The position numbers and the translations under genes are program-made. A DNA stretch of 59,992 bases from Waddliaceae bacterium (lineage in GTDB: Bacteria > Chlamydiota > Chlamydiia > Chlamydiales > SLFE01), in assembly GCA_963783885.1 (NCBI GenBank), contig CAWAPJ010000016.1, forward strand, positions 1 to 59,992, written 5' to 3'. Under the pieces are notes generated by a model. That model was not told the DNA's origin. It worked only from the letters and a program-made list of their open reading frames with translations, and did no database searches. Of the stretch, positions 37,702 through 48,254 are shown piece after piece (position 1 is the first letter of the stretch; the number at the start of each line of letters is the position of its first letter).

Positions 37702-38088
37702 TTATTCTTGAGATTTGATCTCATCTTGGTAAATTTTGGCGATATTTATAAAATCCTCAAGAATATCGTGAAATTGCTGGTAGGAGACGTCATAGTCTAT
37801 TAAGTGGTTGATAATTATATGCTTACAATCTTCGGTTAAGCCAAATATCGAGCCCATCGCTCCGATTCCCAATAAACTGGCTTCCGACAGGGAAATAAAC
37901 AGACTTTCCTTGTTTTTTTCAGGGACTTCGCAAAGCTGGCTTTGCAGAAAAATCCCCTCCTCCAGATCCCGAAACTCCACTTCCAGTTCCGGGTCGATTC
38001 GAAGGGTAAAAATCCCACCCTCATTCGGCTTCTGGCCAATTGTAACTTCCAGTTCCCTTTCAAGCTCTTTCAGATGATCTTGGAGCAT
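37702..38088 (-). CDS. CesT-family class I T3SS chaperone (Scc4/CT663-like)
   Basis: 128 aa, acidic; 'LSEASLLG.G..G..FGL' and 'F.D.LEDFIN.A'; upstream of sctD. Confidence 0.8.
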   Translation of the reverse strand: MLQDHLKELERELEVTIGQKPNEGGIFTLRIDPELEVEFRDLEEGIFLQSQLCEVPEKNKESLFISLSEASLLGIGAMGSIFGLTEDCKHIIINHLIDYDVSYQQFHDILEDFINIAKIYQDEIKSQE

Positions 38089-39325
38089 AATTCACCTCTC
38101 CATATTGGTGAAATCCTAATACATTGGTGAAAAAATGTCGAATCTGCTCTTCCTCCAGCTGCATATTGCCCGAAAATTCGACTTCTTCCGGTTTAAGCGT
38201 GGGTAAGATGCGGGCGGTTTTCATGAGTGTTCTCTTAAGTTTTTCAGATGGGATAAGGACCGGAATCCAGCCTGTTTTTTCTAATACGGCAAATGAGAGT
38301 TCGAATAGGGGAAGAACTTTTAAAAATCTTTCCTCTGTTTGGACCGCTTCTAAAATTCCCGATCCGATCCATGCGGCTATTTTTTCCGCTTCGCCATTTT
38401 TTGCCTGGTCAAGATCGTGGATCATGCCTAGGAAAAGAGCCAATAAAAGGGGGGTTTTCAGGGACGTCTTCAGTCCTAAAATGACGACTGACATCTGTCC
38501 GAATCGCTTGCAGCTTTCTTTCAGCTCAAATTCGGAATTCTTATACTCTCTTGGAGGATTTGCTTTGATTTGCCCGCAGAATTTTGCAAAGGCCTCTTCC
38601 GCGTCCAAGGCAAGAGATAGATTATAAGCGGTGCGTAAAGCTTGCTTAGATGTGTTCTCTTCCTTCAAAAGCTTAAAAACCTCTTTGATAAAGGTTTTTT
38701 TGACCGCCGATTTTTGAGGGAGCAGTTCTTCTTGAGGATCAAAAATGCGCAAGACATCTGCCCATGTTCTCTCTTCTGCCAAATCTTGCGGCAGGTTTAA
38801 GTCGAGAGCCATTTTCATCAAGGTGTCTAAAAAGATCTTGACTCGAGGGTAACTAGCCTTGAGCATCCGTATCCGCAGTTTTTGGTAGGGACGTTTAAAT
38901 GCCGGGTCATTGTAAATTCGCATAAGTGTTTGCATTTTTTTACAGACTGCAAAAAAAACAGCTGAGTTGATGTCAATGAACTGCCTGGAGGTGGTTTTCG
39001 CCTCTTTGACAATGGCGGCGGCAGCGAATTCTTCGGGAAATCTTTCGAGAAAAATATCAAAGTCTTCGATAGACGATAAACAGGTTTGCACATTATTTTT
39101 CGATATTTTAAGAAAAATTCGCCTTAAAGCCTTAGGTTTTGGTGGAGAGAGGACCGGACTGTGAGGAAAAGACTTGAAAGATTCTTTGTGCGCCTGTTCG
39201 AGTGAATCGCGAAGCCTGGCAAGCTCTGCGATCTCGGTTTCCGAAAGGCGGGTAGCCGCAGATTCGTTGATTTCCCATGTCTCATCTTGGCTGTAGCGGT
39301 ACTCTTCGCTAGTATCCCCGTTCAT
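38060..39325 (-). CDS. Hypothetical alpha-helical protein in the T3SS locus
   Basis: 421-aa ORF coupled to the upstream translocator gene by an ATGA overlap. Confidence 0.65.
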   Translation of the reverse strand: MNGDTSEEYRYSQDETWEINESAATRLSETEIAELARLRDSLEQAHKESFKSFPHSPVLSPPKPKALRRIFLKISKNNVQTCLSSIEDFDIFLERFPEEFAAAAIVKEAKTTSRQFIDINSAVFFAVCKKMQTLMRIYNDPAFKRPYQKLRIRMLKASYPRVKIFLDTLMKMALDLNLPQDLAEERTWADVLRIFDPQEELLPQKSAVKKTFIKEVFKLLKEENTSKQALRTAYNLSLALDAEEAFAKFCGQIKANPPREYKNSEFELKESCKRFGQMSVVILGLKTSLKTPLLLALFLGMIHDLDQAKNGEAEKIAAWIGSGILEAVQTEERFLKVLPLFELSFAVLEKTGWIPVLIPSEKLKRTLMKTARILPTLKPEEVEFSGNMQLEEEQIRHFFTNVLGFHQYGEVNYAPRSSERA

Positions 39326-41658
39326 CCCATGAGCTCCTGGGTGCGGACCTGCTCCTTGTCATCTTCTGCGAAAATTTCTTGATTGCGGGCCTTTTTCAGC
39401 ATCTCTTTAATCGCATCTTCGGAAGGAAGGACATTGGGGACGTTCGGCAGAGTCGTTTCGGTGGTAAGCGAGGCTAAAGATTTTATGTCCACTACCTGCC
39501 CCGAAGAAGTTGTAAACTGCTTCATATTTTTATCAATAAGATCTTGTATGGATTGAATTGCCGAGCTGACGGCCTGCGGCCCGCCACCGGAGAGCAGAGT
39601 GGCCAAAAGTTTTTTCAGCTGATCAATGATTTTACGCAGCAGCGCAATCATTTCCATAAGCTCTTTTTGTTTCTTTTCGGTCTCTTCCGGGCTTGTTGCT
39701 TTTTTTGTTGCGAGTTCATTCAGCGTTGTTACATGACCTAGATTTCGGTAGCCGCCCAGTCTGGCCGCTTTCCGCTTGTCTGCATCCATGTCTCCTTTTT
39801 TCTCGGCTTCTTCGTCGACAAGTTTTTGGTCGCCTTCCGAAAGTTTGCCGAAAGAGCTCGAGACGTTCATGCCGACGGAAAGCGACAGCATGCCGACTGC
39901 TCCGCGGAGGGCTGCATTGAGGGTGTTGATTTCATCTTCGCTCATGCCCAGCTTGCTGCCGATCTTGGCGGCGATCGTGCCCAAAATTCCCGATCTTACA
40001 ATCATTTCGGGTAAAAACCCAAAAATTAAAGGAACAGCGACGACACCGACGACCATTGTAATCAAAAGCAGGGCGGCAGCGCCGAGGACAAGAAGGGCTC
40101 CGACAAAGGGGAGCATCATGATAAGAAGCGGGGCCAATACAATGAGAAGAGGGAGTAAAACAGCGGTGAGCAGAAGCGGAATAGCGAGAAGGCCGACAAG
40201 AACTCCTCCCATGATCAGAGCGGCAACCTGTTTGCTGACATGAATCCCTAAAACATCGTGCATGGCCATGTAGGCGACGTTGAAAATGGAGTCCATCAAT
40301 TTGTCGAGCTGCCCCGTTTGGCTTAGTCCAAGTGAAGTGACTGCAAAGACAAGCATGGCTCCTAAGGCGATCATTCCGACGATCGCGACAGGCGCCAATA
40401 CAGGCATCATCAACAGCATTGCGACCATGAGAACTAAAATCACGGCAATCATGACAGCGGACAAGACTTTGTTCAAAATCTTCATGATTTTTCCCAGTAT
40501 GCCGAATTTGTGGGCTTTCTTTTTTGCTTTTCTGATTTTTTCCATCGCTTTTTTGATCTCATCGAGCTGGGTTTTAAGCTGGGACATAATTTGCTCGACT
40601 TTTGAGGAGAACTGGGCTTTAGACCACTGAAGGTCGGCCATGCTGATTTCGGATACGAGCTTTTTAAGAAGCGCGAGGGCTGCCAGGATATTTTTCATGA
40701 ATGCCAATATGGAGTTTTTCTGATTTTCGGGGAGGGGGAGTTTATTTATCAGCGTGGTCGCTTCATCGACAATCTGCTGCGCGCTTTTTATCATGTTTTG
40801 GTTTGCCTGAATGGATTTGTCGTCGACTTTTTGTCCCGAGTTGACTTTTGACAAAGTGTCGAAAATACTCGAAAGCTGCCCCTGCATGTTGACAAGGCCG
40901 CTTAAACTGGCAATGAATTTTTTGGCCGCATCGACACTGCCGAGTTGGGCTGCCAGAAGGGTTGCGATCGTGTTGTCGATTTTCGGATTGTCCGATGTGA
41001 TATCTCCGCCAAATTTGGATTCGATCATCCCGGCGGCCTGCTGTTTGGCCATCTGCTCTGCCTCGTCTGGAGATTTCCCTTGAGCGATAAGATCGTTTTT
41101 CAGCGATGCGGTTAAAATTTTGGCTAAAGGATGATTTTCGAAGAGAAGGTCGGTTTTAACATCGCTAAGCGCTTTTTCCAGTGCAGGACTTTTGTTCATC
41201 GCAAGAGCTTCTGAGATTTTGTCTTCCAAGGCTTTCCCGGCCAGGGCATTAAGAGATAGAGTGTTTGGGGTTTTGCGTTCGATCTCTTCTACGGCGTACT
41301 TGACGATATCATTGATGGAAAGAGATTTTTGCGAATCCAATAATGTTTGCAACTGCGGAAATGCCTGCAGCGCTTTTGCAATTTCTTCATTGCTATAGAC
41401 GTTTTTTAACTCTCCGCCGGCGTCGCTGTTTTGCGCTAAAATTTCCGGGTTTGGTGATTTTAGCTGAGGATTCGACGGTTCAAGGTTTTGGAGGATTTTT
41501 TGCTCTTCTGCTTTGCCGATGGAGCTTTGCATGATTTTTTCATTTTCTATTTTCTGTTTCAATTTGGCCAGTTCTTCAGTTTCCTGCACCTGCTCGTTCG
41601 GCTGCACGGTTTGCTGTTTGTAAGGTCCTCCTGTAGAATCAATAGGCATAACTTTCAC
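39322..41658 (-). CDS. SctE/CopB-like hydrophobic translocator, paralog A
   Basis: Coiled coil, 'KKAHKFGILGKI' then long hydrophobic blocks; C-terminal coiled coil; near LcrH chaperones. Confidence 0.72.
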   Translation of the reverse strand: MKVMPIDSTGGPYKQQTVQPNEQVQETEELAKLKQKIENEKIMQSSIGKAEEQKILQNLEPSNPQLKSPNPEILAQNSDAGGELKNVYSNEEIAKALQAFPQLQTLLDSQKSLSINDIVKYAVEEIERKTPNTLSLNALAGKALEDKISEALAMNKSPALEKALSDVKTDLLFENHPLAKILTASLKNDLIAQGKSPDEAEQMAKQQAAGMIESKFGGDITSDNPKIDNTIATLLAAQLGSVDAAKKFIASLSGLVNMQGQLSSIFDTLSKVNSGQKVDDKSIQANQNMIKSAQQIVDEATTLINKLPLPENQKNSILAFMKNILAALALLKKLVSEISMADLQWSKAQFSSKVEQIMSQLKTQLDEIKKAMEKIRKAKKKAHKFGILGKIMKILNKVLSAVMIAVILVLMVAMLLMMPVLAPVAIVGMIALGAMLVFAVTSLGLSQTGQLDKLMDSIFNVAYMAMHDVLGIHVSKQVAALIMGGVLVGLLAIPLLLTAVLLPLLIVLAPLLIMMLPFVGALLVLGAAALLLITMVVGVVAVPLIFGFLPEMIVRSGILGTIAAKIGSKLGMSEDEINTLNAALRGAVGMLSLSVGMNVSSSFGKLSEGDQKLVDEEAEKKGDMDADKRKAARLGGYRNLGHVTTLNELATKKATSPEETEKKQKELMEMIALLRKIIDQLKKLLATLLSGGGPQAVSSAIQSIQDLIDKNMKQFTTSSGQVVDIKSLASLTTETTLPNVPNVLPSEDAIKEMLKKARNQEIFAEDDKEQVRTQELMG

Positions 41659-41661
41659 TCC

Positions 41662-43983
41662 TTACGTTAATAGTTCTTGTGTTTTTAAAATGTCCCCCTC
41701 TTCTTGTTCGTAAAAGTTAGGGCTTTGCTGCTGTTTCCTCAGTAGCTCCTGAATGGCTTCAGGAGAGGGGAGGACATTGGGAATGCTTTTCAGCGAGCTC
41801 TCTATGAGAGGCTTCACATCAATCTTTTGTCCGCTTGGCGAGGTAAAGGCCGGCATTTCGTTATCGATAATCGACTGTATGGCGGCAATGGCCTCGTCCA
41901 TGGTTTCCGGGCCGCCTCCCGACATCAAAGCAGCCAGCAGTTTTTCCAATTGCGCGATAATTTTGCGCAGCAGTGCGATCATTTTCATCAAATCTTCCTT
42001 ATTCTTTTCGACCTCTTCGGGACTCGCCGCTTTTCCCGCAGCAAGCTGATTGAGAGTTTGGACATGTCCGAGATTCCGGTAGCCCGCCAGCCTGCCCATC
42101 TTACTTTTTGCTTCATAGAAATCCCCTTCTGTTTTCAGTTTGTTGTCGACAAGCTCGCGATCTTTTTCCGAAAGTTTTCCGAAAGAGCTCGAGACGCTCA
42201 TCCCGGTTGCAAGCGACATTCCGCCAACGACTCCCCTAAGAGCTGCGTTAAGTGAATTGATTTCATTCTCGTTCATGCCCAGCTTGCCGCCGATCTTGGC
42301 CGCGATTGTTCCTAAAATTCCCGACCTGACAAGCATTTCGGGTAAAAAACCTAAAATCAAGGGGACGGCGAGAGCCGCAACAGCCAAAAGTATCAGAAGC
42401 AGTATAGCGGCTCCCACGACGAGAAGCCCGCCGATAACCGGAAGCAGCATCACAAGCAGAGGGGCTAAGACAACCAGTAGAGGGAGGAGGAGGGCGGCAA
42501 GTAAAAGCGGCGCGACTAAGAGGCCGACGAGAACTCCGCCCATTATCAGGGCTGCAGTCTGTCTGCTTACATGGATGCCCAAAATATCGTGCATGGCCAT
42601 GAAGGCGACATTAAAAATGGAATCCATCATTTTGTCGAGCTGTCCCGACTGGCTGAGTCCAAACGATGTGACCGCAAAGACAAACATAGCTCCTAAGCCG
42701 ACCATGCCGACGATCGCGACAGGCGCCAAGACAGGAAGCAGCAGCAACATCGCAGCCATCAGAGCAAGCATCACGACGATCATGACCGCGAACATCACTT
42801 TGTTTAAGATTTTCATGATTTTTCCCAGTATGCCGAATTTATGGGCTTTCTTTTCCGCTTTTCTGATTTCTCTCATCGCTTTTCGTATCTGTTCCAGCTG
42901 GCTATTGAGCTGGGAAATAATCTGATCGACTTTTGACGAGAATTGGGCTTTGGATCTTTGAAGGTCGGCCATGCTCAGTTCGGTAACGAGCCGCTTGAGC
43001 AGCGCCAGGGCTGCCGATATTTTTTTCATGAATGCTAGCAGCGAATTTTTTTGACTGGCTGGGAGGGGAAGTTTGCCGATTTGGGCCATGGCCTCTTCGA
43101 CAATCTTTTCGGCGCTGTCTAAGACGTTTTTGTTGGCGGCGAGGCTTTTTTCACTTCCGGAAACTCCCGTTGTTTGGGTCTGCTGAATGGTTGCGAATAG
43201 ATTGATGATGTCTTGTTTCATATCCGCTAGGTTTTCGACCGAACTCACAAATTTTTCGGCTGCGGTCGCATCTTCGAAATGCTTGGCAAGGAGCGCTGCG
43301 ATTGCGGCTTTCATTTTAGGGTTGGTGCCGTAAAATGGCGTCACGACGCCATTTTCTGACAGCTCAGTGTCGAGATCGCTTAAGGTTTTGGCAATGGCCT
43401 CATTTTTGGCCTCTTCGGCTGAGAGTCCCTGACTCTGCAAATCCTTTTCATTTGCCTCGATAAGAACCTGGGCCAGGGGGTTGTTGATTTTCAGGATTTC
43501 CACTCGAATGTCATCCCACATTTTTTTGACAGTCGAATCTCCGGTCGCTTGATAGACACCCCACATATCTTCGGCAAGGGCAGTGGCGGCGAGTGCTTTG
43601 AGAGAATAAAGGGATCCGGGGTTTTCAAGGATTTTTTGCCTGATGCTTTCATAAATGGCGTTTTTAGAGATGAGATTCTGCGCGCTTAAAAAATCCGCGT
43701 ATTCGGGAAAATCGCTTAGAGTGCTTTGTATGGCCTCATCGGTCAGATTTTCAGGCGACGCTATCCCCTCTGCAACTTTTGAAAGAATGACATCGTAATT
43801 CGGCACTGTCAGGACAGGAACTGCGATATTCGAGAAATCGTTAGTCTTTTCCTGTTGGGATGCCTCGATTGTGCTTTGCTGGAGCTCTTCGCTTCCCAAT
43901 AGGTTTAACTGGGCTTCATTAATGTCTGCTGTCCAGGCGAGCTGGCGAATGATGTCCGGACTGATATTCGGATCGATATTCAT
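41662..43983 (-). CDS. SctE/CopB-like hydrophobic translocator, paralog B
   Basis: Colinear with and highly similar to paralog A over the C-terminal two-thirds. Confidence 0.72.
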   Translation of the reverse strand: MNIDPNISPDIIRQLAWTADINEAQLNLLGSEELQQSTIEASQQEKTNDFSNIAVPVLTVPNYDVILSKVAEGIASPENLTDEAIQSTLSDFPEYADFLSAQNLISKNAIYESIRQKILENPGSLYSLKALAATALAEDMWGVYQATGDSTVKKMWDDIRVEILKINNPLAQVLIEANEKDLQSQGLSAEEAKNEAIAKTLSDLDTELSENGVVTPFYGTNPKMKAAIAALLAKHFEDATAAEKFVSSVENLADMKQDIINLFATIQQTQTTGVSGSEKSLAANKNVLDSAEKIVEEAMAQIGKLPLPASQKNSLLAFMKKISAALALLKRLVTELSMADLQRSKAQFSSKVDQIISQLNSQLEQIRKAMREIRKAEKKAHKFGILGKIMKILNKVMFAVMIVVMLALMAAMLLLLPVLAPVAIVGMVGLGAMFVFAVTSFGLSQSGQLDKMMDSIFNVAFMAMHDILGIHVSRQTAALIMGGVLVGLLVAPLLLAALLLPLLVVLAPLLVMLLPVIGGLLVVGAAILLLILLAVAALAVPLILGFLPEMLVRSGILGTIAAKIGGKLGMNENEINSLNAALRGVVGGMSLATGMSVSSSFGKLSEKDRELVDNKLKTEGDFYEAKSKMGRLAGYRNLGHVQTLNQLAAGKAASPEEVEKNKEDLMKMIALLRKIIAQLEKLLAALMSGGGPETMDEAIAAIQSIIDNEMPAFTSPSGQKIDVKPLIESSLKSIPNVLPSPEAIQELLRKQQQSPNFYEQEEGDILKTQELLT

Positions 43984-43999
43984 ATATGGTCTCCTAAGA

Positions 44000-45313
44000 T
44001 TACCTCCTGTTTATTCTGAAGGCCTGCTCTTGTTGAATCATCTGGTTGACTGCCTGCAGTATATCGGCGATCTGTTCTTGAGCTTGTTTGGCTTCTCTTT
44101 CGGTAAATTGGATGCTTCTGCCGTGTATTTCGGCCAGATGCTGATAGGCTTGCTGCAGGAAGTTTGCTTTGGCCTCATCCATAGTCGGATCGATTTGCAG
44201 CAAAGCGGCAACCCCTTCATTGAAGCTTTTCAAAGCTTCGACGGTCATTTGAAATTGCTGCTGCTGCATCAGCTGCATGCCGTGGTGGCCGGCAGCCTCG
44301 TCAGCGGCTTCTTGGACGTTGCTTTTGGGTTTAGTTGAGGGTGCAGGGCTTGCGCCTTCTCCCGAGAGTGCGGGTGCGGGGCCCTCTTCACCTTCTTCGA
44401 TGACTCTTTGTTCTTCTGCTGCTCGTCTTTCTGCCTCTAATTGTTGTGCTTTTTGCTCTTGAACATCCTTGGCATGCTGACGGTTTATACTTGCCATTGA
44501 ACTGGGGGAAGATCCTGTTCTTGAGCCAGCTCCAAATTCAACGCCATCAGTCAAGGTTTTATATCCATTGGGGTTTTGTTCCAGTTTTGATTTTGCCCAA
44601 CCTTGGGCTTTTCCATATTTAGCGGAAAGAGAGCTTTTCATTTTTTGCAAGCCGCCTTCTTTGAGAAATTTTCCGATCTTCGGCGCTGCTTTGTAACCCA
44701 TAAGGCCGCCGATCATTCCAATTTGAATTCCCGCGTTGACAAAATGTTTCATCGCTTCGATCATCAGTTTTTTTGCTTCGGCTTTTTTGGCATTGTATGC
44801 CTGCTTGGCGGCATTGAGCGAAGCTTCAAGCTGCTGCACGATTGAATGGGCTTCCGTTTTCGCCGCCTGCAGTCTGATTTGCATGAGAATCGGCATAATC
44901 GAAAACCACACCATCATGAGTTCCGCGGTAAGCGAACCTGAAAGCCAGGGATTGCCTGTTCCCGTTTCATCTGTAGGCACGCCTCTTAAATCGTTCAATA
45001 TTTTGGGAACCGGAAGCTTGGGGCCGCCAGGAGGGCCCGGATTTTTAATGTAGGCATCTTTTGCTTCCTGGGTTCTTACGGTTTGCGATTCGAGAAGGCC
45101 GAATTCTTTCGCCTGGCTAAGAACTGTTGACTGCGATTCTTTTTCCACTTTCTTTTTTTCTCTGGTTTTGGTTTCCGTGACGTCGTCATCGATCATTGTC
45201 ATAATTTCTTCCAAAACCTTTCCGATTTCTCCGTTTCCGGTGACGACATCCTGGCTTTCCGGATGAAACTCCGGAGCATTACCTGATTGACTGACTTGTG
45301 TTGGGTCTGGCAT
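44000..45313 (-). CDS. SctB/CopD-like minor translocator
   Basis: Follows a CopB-like gene; GNPWL motif, short hydrophobic stretch, amphipathic C-terminal helix; start re-called to ATG at 45313 with RBS GGAGG. Confidence 0.62.
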   Translation of the reverse strand: MPDPTQVSQSGNAPEFHPESQDVVTGNGEIGKVLEEIMTMIDDDVTETKTREKKKVEKESQSTVLSQAKEFGLLESQTVRTQEAKDAYIKNPGPPGGPKLPVPKILNDLRGVPTDETGTGNPWLSGSLTAELMMVWFSIMPILMQIRLQAAKTEAHSIVQQLEASLNAAKQAYNAKKAEAKKLMIEAMKHFVNAGIQIGMIGGLMGYKAAPKIGKFLKEGGLQKMKSSLSAKYGKAQGWAKSKLEQNPNGYKTLTDGVEFGAGSRTGSSPSSMASINRQHAKDVQEQKAQQLEAERRAAEEQRVIEEGEEGPAPALSGEGASPAPSTKPKSNVQEAADEAAGHHGMQLMQQQQFQMTVEALKSFNEGVAALLQIDPTMDEAKANFLQQAYQHLAEIHGRSIQFTEREAKQAQEQIADILQAVNQMIQQEQAFRINRR

Positions 45314-45338
45314 AAGTTTTCCTCCTTCGGTATTTGAA

Positions 45339-47642
45339 TTAGACCGTCGCGCTGGCGGCCAATTCATCAGTGATGCCAGACATGCTGGCAATAATTTGTT
45401 TAAACAGGTCTGACAGGCTGTTCACCTGTTTCATAAATTCTCCCACGCCCTGATCTTCGTGTTTTCCCTGAAGCTGAGCCATGAGCGCCTGCAGGGATTT
45501 GATCAGTTCGGAGAGCAGTTTGATAATATAGTCGAGATCACCCTCTTTTTTGGTGAGATCAGACATTCGTTTTGTGATTGTTCCCAGTCCGATTTCCGAA
45601 GCGATTCCGGCAGACATCGTCATCACTTGTCCAGACATTTGTATCCCGCCGGTTACATATTCGAGGGTTTTTTCGATGTTCTTGCTATTGTCATCCATCC
45701 ATTTCCTCACTTCGCTGATCTTATCCTTGACATCATCGATGTAATCGTCGATTTTTTTTGCTCCTTGAAAAGCTTTTCCACGCAGGTCGTAAGTCGCTTC
45801 TTCAATGAAGTTTCCGATATCTTCGAGCCACTTGCTAAACTGCCTAAAGGCATCTTGTGTTTTTTCAAGCGCCTCTTTTAGAAACGCCATCACTTTGTCA
45901 AGCGTTTGCTTCAGTTGGTTGAGGGCGGTGCCGGTCATTTTACCGGCGTTTTCTAGATTTCTTATAATTGTTTTCAAAACCGCTGTGATAACTTCCAGTA
46001 TTTTTTTGATGACCTGAATGATCACCTTGATAGCATCAATGATCGCGCGCAGGATGGGTTTGATCACGGCATTGGTGACCTTGGCCAAAGCTTCTGCAAT
46101 AATCGCGATGATATAAAGTCCGCCGGTGAAGACAATGCCCAAGACCTTTTTAATCACTTCCTCCACAATATGGCCAAGGAGCGTGAAGAGCTCGACGGCG
46201 AGCGTGATCACAAGCGTGAAGACCATGGTCACAACTGCGGTCAGTATCATTTTCAGCTTGTCGCTCATGTGGGTGACGTGCTGCAGCCCTTCCATGATTT
46301 TATCGATAAACGTCGACTGGGTTAAAATCGTCGTGATAATCGGTACTGAGATCATCGGGATGAGCGGACCGAGCATCGGCAGGAGCGTTAGCAGCAAGGT
46401 TGCGACGACAAGTCCTATAAGCAGCGCGCCCCAGAATATGACTTTGAATATGTCGCCGCCGGATTTGGTTTTAAACAATTTTTCCCCGATGCTGCTTAGC
46501 ACATTATTCACACCCTTGAATATACCTTTCATGGCTCCTGTTTCCGTTAGGGCGGTCATCGCGGCCAGCTGCGTGATCGCGATTCCGATCATGACGACAG
46601 TTACAACGGGACAGATCGGTAAGAATATCAGCGACGTGAGAATCATGAGCCCGCTCATGATCGGGGTGATGATTTTCATCGCGTTTTGTATCCATTTGGA
46701 ATATTTTTGAAGCTTAAACTTCTCTGCCATATCGTGGAATTTTTTGGCGATGGCTTCTCTTTTCTTATCTTGGCTCTCCTCGAGCGCCCTACCGATCGCT
46801 CCCGAACTCTTGCTGTCTTCTATGTGAAGCTTAATCAGAACTTGCTGCAGTTCGGAAATGAGTTTGGCAATGTGCCCCAAAAAATCGAGCAGCCCATTGC
46901 GCTGGTCTTCGGGGACGTTGGGGTTGTTTTCCAATTGGTCGAGGATGCCATTTACCAATTCCTGAACAGAGCCTGTTATCTTCTGTACCTTTTCTAGGCC
47001 CGGCCCTGTGTTGTAGGATTTACCCGTAGGGTCGATTGTCGGCAGATAGCTGGCATAAGTTGTCACTGTTTTCAAGGCATCGAGACCCTCTCCGTAAATC
47101 TGGGCTTTCGCTTCGGGAACGTTGACTCCCTTTTCCTTCATAATTTTGGCTAAGGCTTTTTTGATTGCGGGGCTCATCTTCGGGTTGGAGAGGCTGACGG
47201 GAGGCTGCACTCCCTCTTCTTGCAGAGCTTCGTTTAGCAGCTGGGCTGTTTTGGATTCATTTCCGGTTAGTTTTTGCAAAAATTTGATTCCGGGATGTTC
47301 TTGCGACAAAGTTTCGATCTGGCCGGCGGCTTCTTCGGTTTTTTTCAAGGTTATCGTCGTTTGCAGATCGACTGATTTTTCAGAAAAAGTCTGCCTGGTT
47401 CCTTTTTTGGCCATCACGCCAACTATGGGTGGAAAAAGAACGGGTTTTCCGGAATCGGGACCTGCCGTTTTTTCTTTTCCTGCGCTTTTGGCCGCTGTGT
47501 CTTTTTCGTGGGGAAGCTTGGCTTGCTTTTTGACTTCTTTAGTCTCCATTGTCTTGCCGGCGCCTAGCGTTTGCATCAATTCGGCAATTTGCTGCTGATT
47601 AATTCCGCCAAGATTACTTCCGCCTGTGTCTTGACTACTCAT
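45339..47642 (-). CDS. SctE/CopB-like major translocator
   Basis: Directly coupled to an LcrH chaperone gene; several hydrophobic segments; C-terminal coiled coil. Confidence 0.75.
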   Translation of the reverse strand: MSSQDTGGSNLGGINQQQIAELMQTLGAGKTMETKEVKKQAKLPHEKDTAAKSAGKEKTAGPDSGKPVLFPPIVGVMAKKGTRQTFSEKSVDLQTTITLKKTEEAAGQIETLSQEHPGIKFLQKLTGNESKTAQLLNEALQEEGVQPPVSLSNPKMSPAIKKALAKIMKEKGVNVPEAKAQIYGEGLDALKTVTTYASYLPTIDPTGKSYNTGPGLEKVQKITGSVQELVNGILDQLENNPNVPEDQRNGLLDFLGHIAKLISELQQVLIKLHIEDSKSSGAIGRALEESQDKKREAIAKKFHDMAEKFKLQKYSKWIQNAMKIITPIMSGLMILTSLIFLPICPVVTVVMIGIAITQLAAMTALTETGAMKGIFKGVNNVLSSIGEKLFKTKSGGDIFKVIFWGALLIGLVVATLLLTLLPMLGPLIPMISVPIITTILTQSTFIDKIMEGLQHVTHMSDKLKMILTAVVTMVFTLVITLAVELFTLLGHIVEEVIKKVLGIVFTGGLYIIAIIAEALAKVTNAVIKPILRAIIDAIKVIIQVIKKILEVITAVLKTIIRNLENAGKMTGTALNQLKQTLDKVMAFLKEALEKTQDAFRQFSKWLEDIGNFIEEATYDLRGKAFQGAKKIDDYIDDVKDKISEVRKWMDDNSKNIEKTLEYVTGGIQMSGQVMTMSAGIASEIGLGTITKRMSDLTKKEGDLDYIIKLLSELIKSLQALMAQLQGKHEDQGVGEFMKQVNSLSDLFKQIIASMSGITDELAASATV

Positions 47643-48244
47643 TCTGTTTCTCCTTGTTTTTCAGTTTCGGGAGACTCAATATCTTCAGGAGCTCCAAGGT
47701 CTGCGGCTTCCAGTCCGCCTTCCTCCATTTGCTGCTCAAGCTTTTTGACTGTTAATTCCGACCGCTCCTTGATCATGCTGAATTCGTCTTTGCCCTCTGC
47801 CCGCTTGATGACGAGGTTAAGAGCGACTGTCGCTGAAAATGGGTCTTTCATTTTGATATAACAGTCCGCCGCATGGTAGTAGGGAATCGGGTCGTCTGGA
47901 CTTATCATGGCTTGGTGGGTGTACATATCGGCTGCTGCCTCGTAGTTTTCCAGCATATGCGAGCAGGCGGCATGGCCGAATAAAAAGCGCGGTTCGATCG
48001 GGTCGACGACGATAAGCGAAGCGAAAACATTGCGGGCGTCTTTGTATTTTCCCATGTTATAGAGTTGGTACCCTTGAGCGTAGAGCGCTTCTGTGTCGGC
48101 ATCCTGTATGCCCAAAGCATCTTTGGGCATCATCCCTTTTTCGAAAACGTTTTCGTAAAGGGCGTCTATCCCCTTTTGAACTTTCGGGGCGTCATCTTCT
48201 GCAATTTTCATAACGGCTTCAAGCATTTCTTCTTCTTTATCCAT
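47639..48244 (-). CDS. LcrH/SycD-family class II translocator chaperone
   Basis: EALYAQGYQLYNMGKY..A..F..L...DP...F..G; DPIPYYHAADC. Confidence 0.92.
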   Translation of the reverse strand: MDKEEEMLEAVMKIAEDDAPKVQKGIDALYENVFEKGMMPKDALGIQDADTEALYAQGYQLYNMGKYKDARNVFASLIVVDPIEPRFLFGHAACSHMLENYEAAADMYTHQAMISPDDPIPYYHAADCYIKMKDPFSATVALNLVIKRAEGKDEFSMIKERSELTVKKLEQQMEEGGLEAADLGAPEDIESPETEKQGETE

Positions 48245-48254
48245 ACTTTCTCCT

